This document shows positions 54,012 to 63,998 of a DNA stretch of 64,000 nucleotides, one piece after another. The stretch's first letter is position 1; the number at the start of each line of letters is the position of its first letter. The stretch is from assembly GCA_963811105.1 (NCBI GenBank), contig CAWEPZ010000002.1:576001-640000 (forward strand), written 5' to 3'. The notes under the pieces are model-generated. The model searched no databases, was not told the origin of the DNA, and saw nothing but the letters and a program-made list of their open reading frames with translations. The position numbers and the translations under genes are program-made. This DNA comes from Candidatus Bathyarchaeota archaeon. Lineage in GTDB: Archaea; Thermoproteota; Bathyarchaeia; Bathyarchaeales; Bathycorpusculaceae.

Positions 54012-56705
54012 ACGAAAATATACCAAAACAGTGTTCAAGTAATCGGCCTCGGTTCAGCCGGAACAAACATCGTCGAAGCTTTCCTCAAAAACGCAAAAAC
54101 CATGGAACTGCTAGGGAACGACATTACTCGTCTTTCCCTTTTAGCAATTGACATAGCTGACCCAGAAATCAGAAGCCTATTAGAAACTGACGAAAAAATA
54201 ACCAAATCGATGCTAAAAGCAGGCATTCCGCGAGAAAGACTCCGTGTAGTCGCTCAATCAGTAAAGTTCCCAACAGCCGAAGCAATGTTCGACTTCATTA
54301 ACCAAAAATACAACGAATACCTAATAGGCGAAGGAGCTAAACTAGAAGATTTCAAACCGTGGCTTGAATCAACGATGGCAATTCCACCAATGGCGGGCGG
54401 CGCAGGCAGAAGAAGAGCATTAGCAAAAGCAATTTACGCTTTAAACTATTACCAACTTGGTATTATTCGCAATTGCATAAACGTCTTCAAAGAACAAGCC
54501 CTCTCATCAATTATCACTCCAACTGTAGTTCTAGTCTATGGTTTAGGCGGAGGAACAGGAAGCGGGATCTTCTTTGACTTCGCAAGGCATCTGCGGAAAA
54601 CATTAGGCTCAGGTGTACCAATCATAGCCTTCGTCATCACTCCTTGTGGCGGAGATGACCCTCCAGCAAAGGGCTGCTCAGCATTCACCGCGATGAGCGA
54701 GCTTTCGCTTTTGCTCAACAAAGACTATAATCAATATGTCATCAAAGAATTTGGTGACCTGTACCGGAATCCTTTGAACGCCCTTGTTTACTTGCCTTTG
54801 CTTCCTGCATTTTCAAAAGTAGGTAACATAGTTACGGCACGCAAAGAAATGGATGACATGGTTGTAGACATGCTTTATGTTCTTATGGATTTTGACTTAG
54901 CAGACTTGATGGGTGGCATAGGCACAGAAGTTGGGCTTACCACTAATTCAGCCCATACTCTGGGCATGATGAAAGTTATTTATCCAGTGGATGACTACAT
55001 TGCAGCATATAAAGTCAATTTTGAAAGCCTTCAACTGCTTCAAGAGCACCGAAAAGAAAAAATTCAGTTGTTAGATGCAATGTACTGCTTGGTTAAAAAT
55101 AACTATGATGTAGCAAAAGAATACTACAAAAACTATCTAATTAAAACGGGCACTTACAACGAAGAGCAATTTGAAGAAAAAGTCAAAGCATTAATTACAA
55201 GTAACCCGCGAATGGAAGATGACTTAGAACTGCACATCAAAGGCATCGAGATACAAGTTAGAAACTGGATGCGTGAATTAACAAGATTCCTCTCAACAAT
55301 CAGATTCATGGGCAAACCTGGTCCAATTGAAGAAGCCATAATCGACCTTACTCTCAAGAAAGCGGGCACAAGGAAAATTGATAGCCTCGAAGCTTTGCTG
55401 GGTAACCTAACAAAAACTCATCTTGAGTTTTCAGATCGAAAAGCTGCCATTATCGAACGGTTGAGGCAGTTAATTCCAAGCTCGCAAGTCTTCACTGTAA
55501 GGCAAAAGAGAATTTTAGATGACTTTGTTAATATTTCTGAGATTGCTGAAAAATCCTTAAACACCTTGAAGTTCTACGATGAAACTCGATACTTAACAGA
55601 CGCATTAGTTCGATATTATAATGTTATGCCAGAGTGCACATGCGAACAGAACGAATTGAAAGACATACAATCTGAACTGGCAACAATTTACCTCTTAGTT
55701 CAATTGATGCTTAGGTCACCTCAAGACGAAGCAAAAATGATTGAGGAGCACCTCGCCTACGTTAACGGAATCATCCTGAAACGTCAAGACAGCCGAAGTA
55801 CTGTAGACAATGAAGTAGTAAGAATTCAAGAATCAAAGAAACGCAAAGAATTTGACAAATCAAAAATGGAAGCTCAACTAAGAAAGACTTTCAGTTCAAA
55901 GAGGTATGCAAGAGAACAACTACTCCAGTTAGATAGGGATTTGAAGAGGATTGAAACTGAAGAAGCGCTTGCTCTTGAGAATTTGACTAAAGCTGATAAC
56001 TCAATTCAACTATACGAGAATTTAGCTAAGAGGGTGGAATTAGTATCTGATTACCGTAAGCGTCTCGGCAAAATTGTGGAGATGCAGCGCGAATACGAAG
56101 AAAGACTTGCAACAATTACAGCGCCAAAGAAGTACTTTGAGAAATCAGCTGAACTAACCGAACTTGAGCAAAGAAAAATCCTATTCAAGATACTGACTGA
56201 ACAAGAAGAAATGCTGTCCAAAGACATTATATTCAGAGACATAATGGACATGGATCACTTCAAAGACTACATGAAAAGTGTAATTAGAGCATTCAAGACA
56301 CCAAGCGTTATGGGATTCAAACCAGTCTACAAAACAGATTACATCTGGGTAACTGTACAATGCCCACCAAACATGTGGACCGAAGACATGTCCCAAGAAG
56401 TCTACACAGCTCTCGCAGGATACGTAACCAGCGAAGTATCAAGAACAATTACTGTTCGAGTAACCGAGTCGAGAGACGCCTGGACAACACGTATATTAGT
56501 GGTAGGCGGAAGAGCGAAATCTTCAGATATGGAAGCCTACGATGAAATGCAACTACTCTACAGCAAATCAACCGATTTCGAAAGACACCTCTCAAGATCT
56601 TATCTGCTTGAACACGGCGTTGCAGCAACACAAATAGTCAAAGAACTCAGCGGAAACGGCGGCGAAACCGCAACCAACGGAAACGGCAAAAACAACAAAA
56701 AATAG
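54012..56705 (+). CDS. FtsZ/tubulin-superfamily GTPase with long coiled-coil insertion
   Basis: VIGLGSAGTNI (upstream of the ORF-track ATG), AIDIAD, GGAGRRR, GLGGGTGSG, DFDLADL; start uncertain (ACG 54012 or ATA 54018). Confidence 0.88.
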   Translation, partial: TKIYQNSVQVIGLGSAGTNIVEAFLKNAKTMELLGNDITRLSLLAIDIADPEIRSLLETDEKITKSMLKAGIPRERLRVVAQSVKFPTAEAMFDFINQKYNEYLIGEGAKLEDFKPWLESTMAIPPMAGGAGRRRALAKAIYALNYYQLGIIRNCINVFKEQALSSIITPTVVLVYGLGGGTGSGIFFDFARHLRKTLGSGVPIIAFVITPCGGDDPPAKGCSAFTAMSELSLLLNKDYNQYVIKEFGDLYRNPLNALVYLPLLPAFSKVGNIVTARKEMDDMVVDMLYVLMDFDLADLMGGIGTEVGLTTNSAHTLGMMKVIYPVDDYIAAYKVNFESLQLLQEHRKEKIQLLDAMYCLVKNNYDVAKEYYKNYLIKTGTYNEEQFEEKVKALITSNPRMEDDLELHIKGIEIQVRNWMRELTRFLSTIRFMGKPGPIEEAIIDLTLKKAGTRKIDSLEALLGNLTKTHLEFSDRKAAIIERLRQLIPSSQVFTVRQKRILDDFVNISEIAEKSLNTLKFYDETRYLTDALVRYYNVMPECTCEQNELKDIQSELATIYLLVQLMLRSPQDEAKMIEEHLAYVNGIILKRQDSRSTVDNEVVRIQESKKRKEFDKSKMEAQLRKTFSSKRYAREQLLQLDRDLKRIETEEALALENLTKADNSIQLYENLAKRVELVSDYRKRLGKIVEMQREYEERLATITAPKKYFEKSAELTELEQRKILFKILTEQEEMLSKDIIFRDIMDMDHFKDYMKSVIRAFKTPSVMGFKPVYKTDYIWVTVQCPPNMWTEDMSQEVYTALAGYVTSEVSRTITVRVTESRDAWTTRILVVGGRAKSSDMEAYDEMQLLYSKSTDFERHLSRSYLLEHGVAATQIVKELSGNGGETATNGNGKNNKK

Positions 56706-56728
56706 AAGGGAGCTTTAACTCCTTTTTT
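56706..56728. terminator. Putative terminator between convergent tubulin-like genes
   Basis: AAGGGAG-ctttaa-CTCCTT hairpin followed by a T-run. Confidence 0.5.
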
Positions 56729-58466
56729 ATTCCAATAAACTTTTTGTGATTAACTGCCAATCTTCTTCAGTTATCGAACCTTTTTTCACTGCTTTGTTCT
56801 TCATTTTTTCAATTCTTTTCTCTAGTGCAGTAAATCTTGTAATGGTGTCAAAGCCGCCTACAAACAAGGCTATATCTATGCGGTCACTGCTGTCTTCTAC
56901 ATACACTGGGTCAGTTATGAAGATTGATTCGAGGTCTGCTTTATTCTTGAACCAGTCAGCTACTGCTAATTCAATTTTTCCCCTTGTAAGCTTTTCTTTC
57001 AACTGAAATGGCATTCGCATAAGAACATAAACTATGGTGGCGGTTGATAGGTCAAAAGTAAAAAGTGGTCGGAGCAGAGTAGAGTTAAGCATATTTTCTA
57101 ATGAACCGTAAATTTTCAAGCTTACCCCAGGTGATAATAAAACAGTGAACATTTTGGAGCCAAACGATTTCGACATCTCACAAAGTTCTGGGACAAGAGT
57201 TTCTTTAGCTAACATTAAATCAAGAAGGTAATTCAATACTTCGTTTCCGTTAATGGCGTAACCGCTTCGGTCAACACCTACGTAACTTTCGAGATTGTCT
57301 CTATCAAAAAGCACAAGCGCTGTATCTTGTTTCGAAGCCAAAATGCCTATGGACGCAAAACTGTTGAATTGCCCATCTATGGGCTGCGCCTTCGAGGGCA
57401 AAAGTGGTAGAGCTATGGAGTTTATATTCCATTCTTTGAATTGAGAATTTAAGGTTGGTAATAGAGCGCTACTTATGCCGTCCCAAGTGGATGAAACTAT
57501 GATGGCGCCTTGAAGTTTCTCGATAGGTTTGCTCTTAATTTTTCCAAAAAAGTTTTCATTGCCTGTCATATAGGGCAAAATGTCGTACCAGAAATGAGTA
57601 TCAATATCCTCATCTAAACAGACAATATTGTTATCTTCAAGTTTTCCCCGACCCCATTTAACCACATCTTTAGTTGATTTTTCAACAAAGATAGGTAGAA
57701 CCCCTCTGACTTTTTTGCCTGCAAAAGAGCCTTTTAAGAGAATGCTTATTGGGTATTCACCAATGCATATGACCGCTTTTGTCGGTAAAAGAGACTTTAA
57801 ATTATCAGTAAATTCTCCTATGTTTTCGACACTGTCTGTTAATGGTACTTTATTCTCAACCTCGATTGACATGCTCGCGACTACACTTTCTACTGGCAAC
57901 GCAATTTGCTCAAGGTCGGGGCGAGTCAATGGATCAGCGAGTTTATCTTGATCCTTCACCCATTTCAATTCGATGAGTGTTTGATTCTGTTTTCCATCAA
58001 TCAATTGAACATTGGTATCGATTTGAGGTTTTTCCAGCGTTTCTTTTTCGTTTTCAGCTGATTTGTTGTCTATTTCCACGATGTTTTCTTGAGTTGCGGC
58101 CTCTGATGAGGCTGGTTGAATATTATTAGCTTTGTCAGCGGTTTGAACCGGATTGTCGGTTGAAGTTAGCAATGTTTCACTTTGTTGACCACTGTCTTGG
58201 TTGTTTGTTGGGGCTGTATTAGATTCGACTTCAGCCTGTGATGGCTGTTTTACATTTTCAGCTGACAGTAAGTTGCTATCGCTGTCAATTGGTTGAATGT
58301 TGTCGTTAATCCCAACTGGCTGTTTTGCTGTTTCATCAACGGTTGGTTGTGTGAAGTTGTCGTTATTGATTGGTGCAGACGGTTTGTTGGTTCCATTTGC
58401 ACGTTCTTTTTCATAGTCACTTTTTGAATACCATAATTTCAGTTTTCTTCTAGGCAAAGTTATCAC
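56727..58466 (-). CDS. Degenerate FtsZ/tubulin-fold protein with acidic low-complexity N-terminus
   Basis: Ordered FtsZ-like elements: VICIGEYP, IVSSTWDGISS, LPLLP, FNSFASI, VLFDRDNL, LRPLFTFDLSTA, IDIALFVGGF; no GGGTG. Confidence 0.7.
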   Translation of the reverse strand: MITLPRRKLKLWYSKSDYEKERANGTNKPSAPINNDNFTQPTVDETAKQPVGINDNIQPIDSDSNLLSAENVKQPSQAEVESNTAPTNNQDSGQQSETLLTSTDNPVQTADKANNIQPASSEAATQENIVEIDNKSAENEKETLEKPQIDTNVQLIDGKQNQTLIELKWVKDQDKLADPLTRPDLEQIALPVESVVASMSIEVENKVPLTDSVENIGEFTDNLKSLLPTKAVICIGEYPISILLKGSFAGKKVRGVLPIFVEKSTKDVVKWGRGKLEDNNIVCLDEDIDTHFWYDILPYMTGNENFFGKIKSKPIEKLQGAIIVSSTWDGISSALLPTLNSQFKEWNINSIALPLLPSKAQPIDGQFNSFASIGILASKQDTALVLFDRDNLESYVGVDRSGYAINGNEVLNYLLDLMLAKETLVPELCEMSKSFGSKMFTVLLSPGVSLKIYGSLENMLNSTLLRPLFTFDLSTATIVYVLMRMPFQLKEKLTRGKIELAVADWFKNKADLESIFITDPVYVEDSSDRIDIALFVGGFDTITRFTALEKRIEKMKNKAVKKGSITEEDWQLITKSLLE

Positions 58467-58532
58467 TTTCGGGGCTTTTTTCTCGATAAGCTTAAGAAGA
58501 CTATAGCAAAATAAGGTTTTAGGTATTTACCC

Positions 58533-61085
58533 TTGAAAGCGGGAGAGAAAGAGAATACTTCACGTTTCAAACGCTTGTTTAACAGAAGTAAGAGAGCGCC
58601 AAAACAGAAAGAAAACGAGGAAAACCAAACAACCGAAGAGACACCAACCACAAGTCAGGCACCAAAAAAGCTCTCGGGATTCAACGAACGCTTCAGCATC
58701 ACCAATATTAGAAAAAAGATGAAAGAGACAGAAAAGAGGGAACGTGCGCTTGAAACAACTAGAATCAAAATCATAACATTAATTATGACTTTTATCGCAA
58801 TGGGATTGGCTTTTTCGTTAATACCCCTATTATCACAGCCTTTGCCAATACTTCTAGCTCTACTTGTAGCTTTTGTTACTTGGCAAAAACCACGAATTGG
58901 AATGCCTGTTGGAAGCATCATTATCGGCATAGGCTTGCTTTATCATTTATCAGTATTTAATGCTGATGACCCTGTAAATTCAATTAATTTCATTGCCCTG
59001 ATAGGCGAACCCGTCTACCGATTCGCCTTCGCTGGTGTTTTAATGGGTTTATTTGTTGCGTTGCCCATAATCTTCTACCGCTACAGGCATGCTATTGCCA
59101 TAGACTTTGGCATATTGGCGGCGATGTCGCTTGCCAGCAACCAAACATACTTTTTAGCTATTCCATTAATCTTAACTGCAGTGGTGTTCTACAAAAAAGA
59201 CGCTGTCGTAGCTGCCGTGTATTATGGTTTAATAACTATACCTTTGATGATTGTAGAATATTTTAAGTTCTATATAGCACAAACTACCGCCGTAGAATGG
59301 TGGAAAGCGCCGGGGTCAGCTCCGCCGCTTTTTGAGCCTCTGACAAAAACGTTTAACCTACTTCAATCAACAACCATGGGCTCTTTTAGGCTCTTTAATG
59401 CAAACCAGCTTACAGACGCAATAACGTATCAATTTCTGCCCACGACCAATCCAGATATCGTAGGAAAAACAATGCGCTCAGCGATTATTCAATACCGTGA
59501 CTCTTTCCCAGGAATACTCTTGTTCGTGGTTATTATTGTCGGAGTAGTTTTGGCACTCATGGTTTTCGGCGTCGGTTTCGTAAAGAAGACAAACATTGCA
59601 TATGGTGACCGCGTGTTAACATCTTTAGTTGCCACTGTAGCTACTGCATTGTTCTTTGTGCTTTTAGGTTCTCTTCAAGCTCCATTAGCTTACACTGCAA
59701 CAGTTGATGTTACAGCCACCGCTTTAGCTACTTTAGCCACTCTTGCCTTCACATTACCTATTTCCATGATTAATTATCAACCTAAAAAAAATGCAACAGC
59801 AGATATGATTACTGAAAAAGCAAATGAGTTGATGGTGACGCTCCAAGCCTTTGAAACCCAACTTAACATTGTCAAAACAAGCATTCCAATAAACGTCAGC
59901 GCCACAGACGTAAAAATGATGCTTCTCAAAGACAAACTAAACGATATTCAAAACAAAATCTCCAAAGGATTCTACGAACCATCAGAAATGGACAAAATCT
60001 TCAATGAACTAGACAAAAGCATCAGCGCGGAAATTGATGGTCTGATATCTGAACTTAACGCTATTCTTAGTGAATACCAAATTTTCGTCAACACAGAATA
60101 CGCTTCATGGCTTGGCAGACTCAAAGATGACATCGGATTAGAATTTAAGGCCAGCATGAAACCACATTATGAAGCAAACTTACCTTTGGAAGAGCGAATA
60201 CAAAGTATCCAAGAAGTGCTAGACGCTGGCAGAGTTCTAGCAGTTGATGTCATCCAAGTTGTTAATCCAATCTACGAAATTATAACAGTTTTGTATGATC
60301 CAAATCTTCCTAAAGACAGCGAGGCAGTTGCCTATTCCAAAATGAAGCTTGATGAAAAAGCACCTTGGCAAGCGGTTGAAGCATTGTACGTAGCGCTTAA
60401 TAATTGGCGCAAGCAGTACGGCGATGAGATTGCAAAATCCACAGAATACCTCAAAAACTCCTTGAAGCCAATTATTGATTTACCCCTTCAAAGTGGCAGT
60501 TTAGGGCCAGTCTTAGGTGACAAAATGCCCATGATACTGGGGGATGCAAAGAAAGCATCATTAATCAAAGATACCAGTGAGAAAAAACAGCTAAATGTTT
60601 TGAATCTGTTGACCATCGAATATCTTCTTGACGGCGTTCTTGATATTTCCAAAGACGTTTTCTCTATCCTTAACGAAGCGCTGAATAACCAAGAAAAAGA
60701 CATCGTGGAAATGCTGCCTACAAGCAATTACCTTTGGGAGAAAAACGCTACTTTAAACGAAAGAATGACAGAAGCACTAACTGTACTATCTAGCCCAAGA
60801 AGTAAAGTGAACGAAATTATGGAAAACCTGCCAAAATTCGAAGGCTACATCAATGAATGCATACAAACACTAACATTATACAATGAACGCAGAGAGCTCC
60901 TGCTCAACTATCCAATGGCGAGAATTGCAATAGAAGATCAGCTAAAACAAAAAACGCGCCTGACAACAGCTGATCTGCCCTTTGAAACAAAATACTCAGC
61001 TGAATACTTGCGACTCTACTACTTGGAAAAGTACAGCGAATTCGACTTTGACAAACAAAACGTTTGGTTAACAAAGAAAAGTTGA
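58533..61085 (+). CDS. Polytopic membrane protein (~10-11 TM) with ~430-aa helical C-terminal region
   Basis: Charged N-terminus, hydrophobic aa ~80-415, heptad-rich tail; divergent from 56727..58466 across 66 bp. Confidence 0.85.
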   Translation: MKAGEKENTSRFKRLFNRSKRAPKQKENEENQTTEETPTTSQAPKKLSGFNERFSITNIRKKMKETEKRERALETTRIKIITLIMTFIAMGLAFSLIPLLSQPLPILLALLVAFVTWQKPRIGMPVGSIIIGIGLLYHLSVFNADDPVNSINFIALIGEPVYRFAFAGVLMGLFVALPIIFYRYRHAIAIDFGILAAMSLASNQTYFLAIPLILTAVVFYKKDAVVAAVYYGLITIPLMIVEYFKFYIAQTTAVEWWKAPGSAPPLFEPLTKTFNLLQSTTMGSFRLFNANQLTDAITYQFLPTTNPDIVGKTMRSAIIQYRDSFPGILLFVVIIVGVVLALMVFGVGFVKKTNIAYGDRVLTSLVATVATALFFVLLGSLQAPLAYTATVDVTATALATLATLAFTLPISMINYQPKKNATADMITEKANELMVTLQAFETQLNIVKTSIPINVSATDVKMMLLKDKLNDIQNKISKGFYEPSEMDKIFNELDKSISAEIDGLISELNAILSEYQIFVNTEYASWLGRLKDDIGLEFKASMKPHYEANLPLEERIQSIQEVLDAGRVLAVDVIQVVNPIYEIITVLYDPNLPKDSEAVAYSKMKLDEKAPWQAVEALYVALNNWRKQYGDEIAKSTEYLKNSLKPIIDLPLQSGSLGPVLGDKMPMILGDAKKASLIKDTSEKKQLNVLNLLTIEYLLDGVLDISKDVFSILNEALNNQEKDIVEMLPTSNYLWEKNATLNERMTEALTVLSSPRSKVNEIMENLPKFEGYINECIQTLTLYNERRELLLNYPMARIAIEDQLKQKTRLTTADLPFETKYSAEYLRLYYLEKYSEFDFDKQNVWLTKKS

Positions 61086-61167
61086 CCAACTTGATTTAAC
61101 GTATCAACACTTTCTTTTTATATCTCAAATCGCTTCTAATCAAATAGTAGTTTTTGAGGCGAAAAAC

Positions 61168-61833
61168 ATGACTTATTTTGCTGACCGAGTTGACGCTGGA
61201 AAGCGTTTAGCTTCAGCGCTGACGGATTTTGAAAGTAAAAACGGGGTTGTTTTAGCGATTCCACGAGGCGGCGTCATTGTAGGCTATGAGATTGCCAAAG
61301 CTCTTAATCTTCCACTTGACGTTATTATTCCGCACAAGATTGGTGCACCAGACAATCCTGAGTTGGCTATTGGCGCTATGACTGAAGACGGAACTATAAT
61401 CCTGGATAACAAATTAGTCGCGTTTATTGGTGTACCCGACTGGTATGTTCAAGAAGAAAGCAAACGACAAAAAGTCGAAATTGAACGCCGACTAAAATTA
61501 TACAGGCAAAACGAGCCTTATCCAAAATTGAAAGGTCGGGATGTTATACTTGTGGATGATGGAATAGCTACAGGTTCAACCATGAAGGCAGCCTTAGCCT
61601 CTGTCAGAAACAGGGGCGCCAGAACTGTTACCGTCGCAGTTCCAGTTGGTCCACCTTCAACTTTAGAAGAACTAAAAAAGCAAGCAGACCAAGTAGTTTG
61701 CATATATACTCCGGAGTATTTCCAAGCCATTGGAGAATTCTTCGCTGATTTTGGCCAAACATCGGATGAAGAGGTAATCGACATACTTAGGCAAAGTAGA
61801 CGAAAACATCCCGAAAAAATAGCTGGGAGGTGA
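61168..61833 (+). CDS. Phosphoribosyltransferase-family protein
   Basis: FADRVDAG, IPRGG, VDDGIATGST. Confidence 0.92.
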   Translation: MTYFADRVDAGKRLASALTDFESKNGVVLAIPRGGVIVGYEIAKALNLPLDVIIPHKIGAPDNPELAIGAMTEDGTIILDNKLVAFIGVPDWYVQEESKRQKVEIERRLKLYRQNEPYPKLKGRDVILVDDGIATGSTMKAALASVRNRGARTVTVAVPVGPPSTLEELKKQADQVVCIYTPEYFQAIGEFFADFGQTSDEEVIDILRQSRRKHPEKIAGR

Positions 61834-61837
61834 GAGC

Positions 61838-62495
61838 ATGAGTCATCAAGAAATAATCGTTAGAATTCCTGTCGGCGGAGCAATTGTGGAGGGCAACCTA
61901 AACCTACCCTCTGAGACTAAAGGGGTAGTATTGTTTGCACATGGAAGCGGAAGCAGCAGATTCAGCCCCCGAAACCGATATGTTGCAAGGCAGTTTAACA
62001 AGGCAAAAATTGGAACATTACTATTCGATTTGCTTACTAATGAAGAAGACCAACAAGACTTAGAAACAGGCGAATACCGCTTTAACATCTCTCTTCTTGC
62101 TAAGCGCCTAATTGCTGCAACTGAATGGCTCAAAGTAGATCCAAAAACAAAAAATTGCATTTTCGGTTACTTTGGAGCAAGCACAGGCGCAGCAGCGGCT
62201 TTAATAGCGGCCGCAAAGCTTCCAAATGACATTATGGCTGTGGTTTCTCGTGGAGGACGCCCAGATTTAGCAGCGGATTATCTTCCTCAAGTAACGGCAC
62301 CAACTCTTTTGCTGGTAGGCGGATTGGACACTGAGGTGATCGAGTTAAACAGACTTGCAATGGGGCAAATGTCATCTGAAAAAAAAATAGTGATTATCCC
62401 GGGCGCAACGCATCTGTTTGAGGAGCCGAGGGAAGCTTGAAGAGGTCGCGAAGATATCAACAGATTGGTTCCTGCGTTACCTACTTAAGCAGTAA
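61838..62495 (+). pseudogene. Dienelactone-hydrolase-like alpha/beta hydrolase, frameshifted near 62429
   Basis: HGSGSSRFSPRN, GASTG, HLFEEP; the expected GKLEEVA...WF tail continues in another frame to TAA 62495. Confidence 0.8.
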
Positions 62496-62512
62496 GCATT
62501 GAGGAGAAATAC

Positions 62513-62944
62513 TTATTCGCCTTTCGGATTCTTGTACATATTATAGAGTGCATAGTTTTCTGCAATGTCCGCCGTGTATAGAAAGCTAAACGCTAACACA
62601 TCTTCAAGAGGCACATTCATGTAAACCTTATCTTCAGAAATGTTCATTGCTTTGGCTTTAGAGGTCAAAATCACCGTTAAAGTATCTCCCATTGCTAGCT
62701 CGTCGCCGAGTTTATGTCCATCTTCTGAAACTTCGTCGAGGGCTATGGCTGTTTTCCATGCGTCGCCCCCTCCGAAATCAATAATTACGTATGGATGTCC
62801 CATTTGAACCAAGGACGAAATAGAGATCGAGGGCATACATTTTGCGCATTGGCCTGAAACCTCATTCATTTCTGTCTCGTTTAAAGGTAGAACAAGAATT
62901 TTATGTTTTATATTTGATTGATCTGTCACTGTGAGAAACTGCAT
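62513..62944 (-). CDS. Hypothetical protein
   Basis: 143-aa ORF with GTGAT SD-like motif. Confidence 0.6.
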   Translation of the reverse strand: MQFLTVTDQSNIKHKILVLPLNETEMNEVSGQCAKCMPSISISSLVQMGHPYVIIDFGGGDAWKTAIALDEVSEDGHKLGDELAMGDTLTVILTSKAKAMNISEDKVYMNVPLEDVLAFSFLYTADIAENYALYNMYKNPKGE

Positions 62945-63644
62945 AAAATCACAAACTAGTTATTCTCTTTTAAAGCTATAACTTTTTCTGTTTTGTCAAA
63001 GAGCCAAAAGCGGATTGTCTAAGTAGAAAAAATTAGAGTAGATTTGTTTGCCGGAGTTAAGTTATTTAGCTGATTATGTTGTGCCTTTTTTGTCGCTAAC
63101 ATTAACGTTTACAACTTGCTGCACGTTTTGTGGTTTGTCTTTTTTTCTGCCCATCATTGCAGGTGAAAATATTAGCCAAGCTATGAATCCGCAAATGACT
63201 CCGTTGAAAGCTGAAATTATTGCCGTGAATGCATCTGCAGTTCCGCCGACTAAATAGCCAGACGCAGCTTCTACGATAGACAATATTTTTTCATAGATTA
63301 GGCAAAGCTGTCAGCTGCAGTGTTGAATCCTAAATTCTGTGCGTCACTCCAGAACAGCAAATCAAAATCTGCTACATTCGATTCAAACCTAAAGGCAAAC
63401 CTTCCTCGAAAACTTCTCTGTGAATGATGATGCAGCTGGTTCCGTTAAAAATCGATTTCATCTTAGAACCCCAAATAGCGTTGCCTTGCGCGTCTTTGAG
63501 GTTCAAGTTAAGTATTTTTATGGGGGTTAGGCGGAATAAATTACCTGTAGTGACAAGTTTTTTGTAAATGGCAAAGGGCAAATTATTATAGAAGTGATGT
63601 AGATAAACAAAAGAAAAGGGGAAATAATTTTTTGCGCTTATTGA

Positions 63645-63998
63645 TTATGCTTTTTTCCTGAGTAGCAAAAATCCTACTATAGCGACCGCCAGAATAATTG
63701 CAATGGTTGAAATTGCGAAGTATAGCTCAAAAGGTGTTTGTGCAGCCAATGTTAGCGGTGTGGGTGTTGGAGTTGTAACTGGACCTTTGGCTGCCGTTGC
63801 ATAAGTAGTTGCATATGAACTGCCGTAGGAGTCGTCGCCCATGAATGTTGCCGTAATAGTGTATTGTCCTTCAATTGCAGGGTACCATGTGTAGCCGAAA
63901 GTGCCGCTGTATCCTTCAGTGGTTACGTCTGCGATATGAATTGGGTTACCGTTTGAATCTACAGCATCTATGGATACTGGAACCCCAATTATCGTTTC
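63645..63998 (-). CDS. C-terminal part of a membrane-anchored surface protein (PQQ-like beta-propeller family C-terminus); continues beyond the window
   Basis: GVPVSIDAVDSNGN...TWYP...YTITATFMGDDSYGSS, PT linker, TM followed by RKK. Confidence 0.75.
   Translation of the reverse strand, partial: ETIIGVPVSIDAVDSNGNPIHIADVTTEGYSGTFGYTWYPAIEGQYTITATFMGDDSYGSSYATTYATAAKGPVTTPTPTPLTLAAQTPFELYFAISTIAIILAVAIVGFLLLRKKA

Noticed and set aside
61168-62495. PRTase-hydrolase pair as part of the tubulin locus
   Set aside because: Common pair found independently in many prokaryotes; only adjacency links it
63048-63581. Short ORF fragments
   Set aside because: No recognisable family; possibly a decayed gene but not supportable
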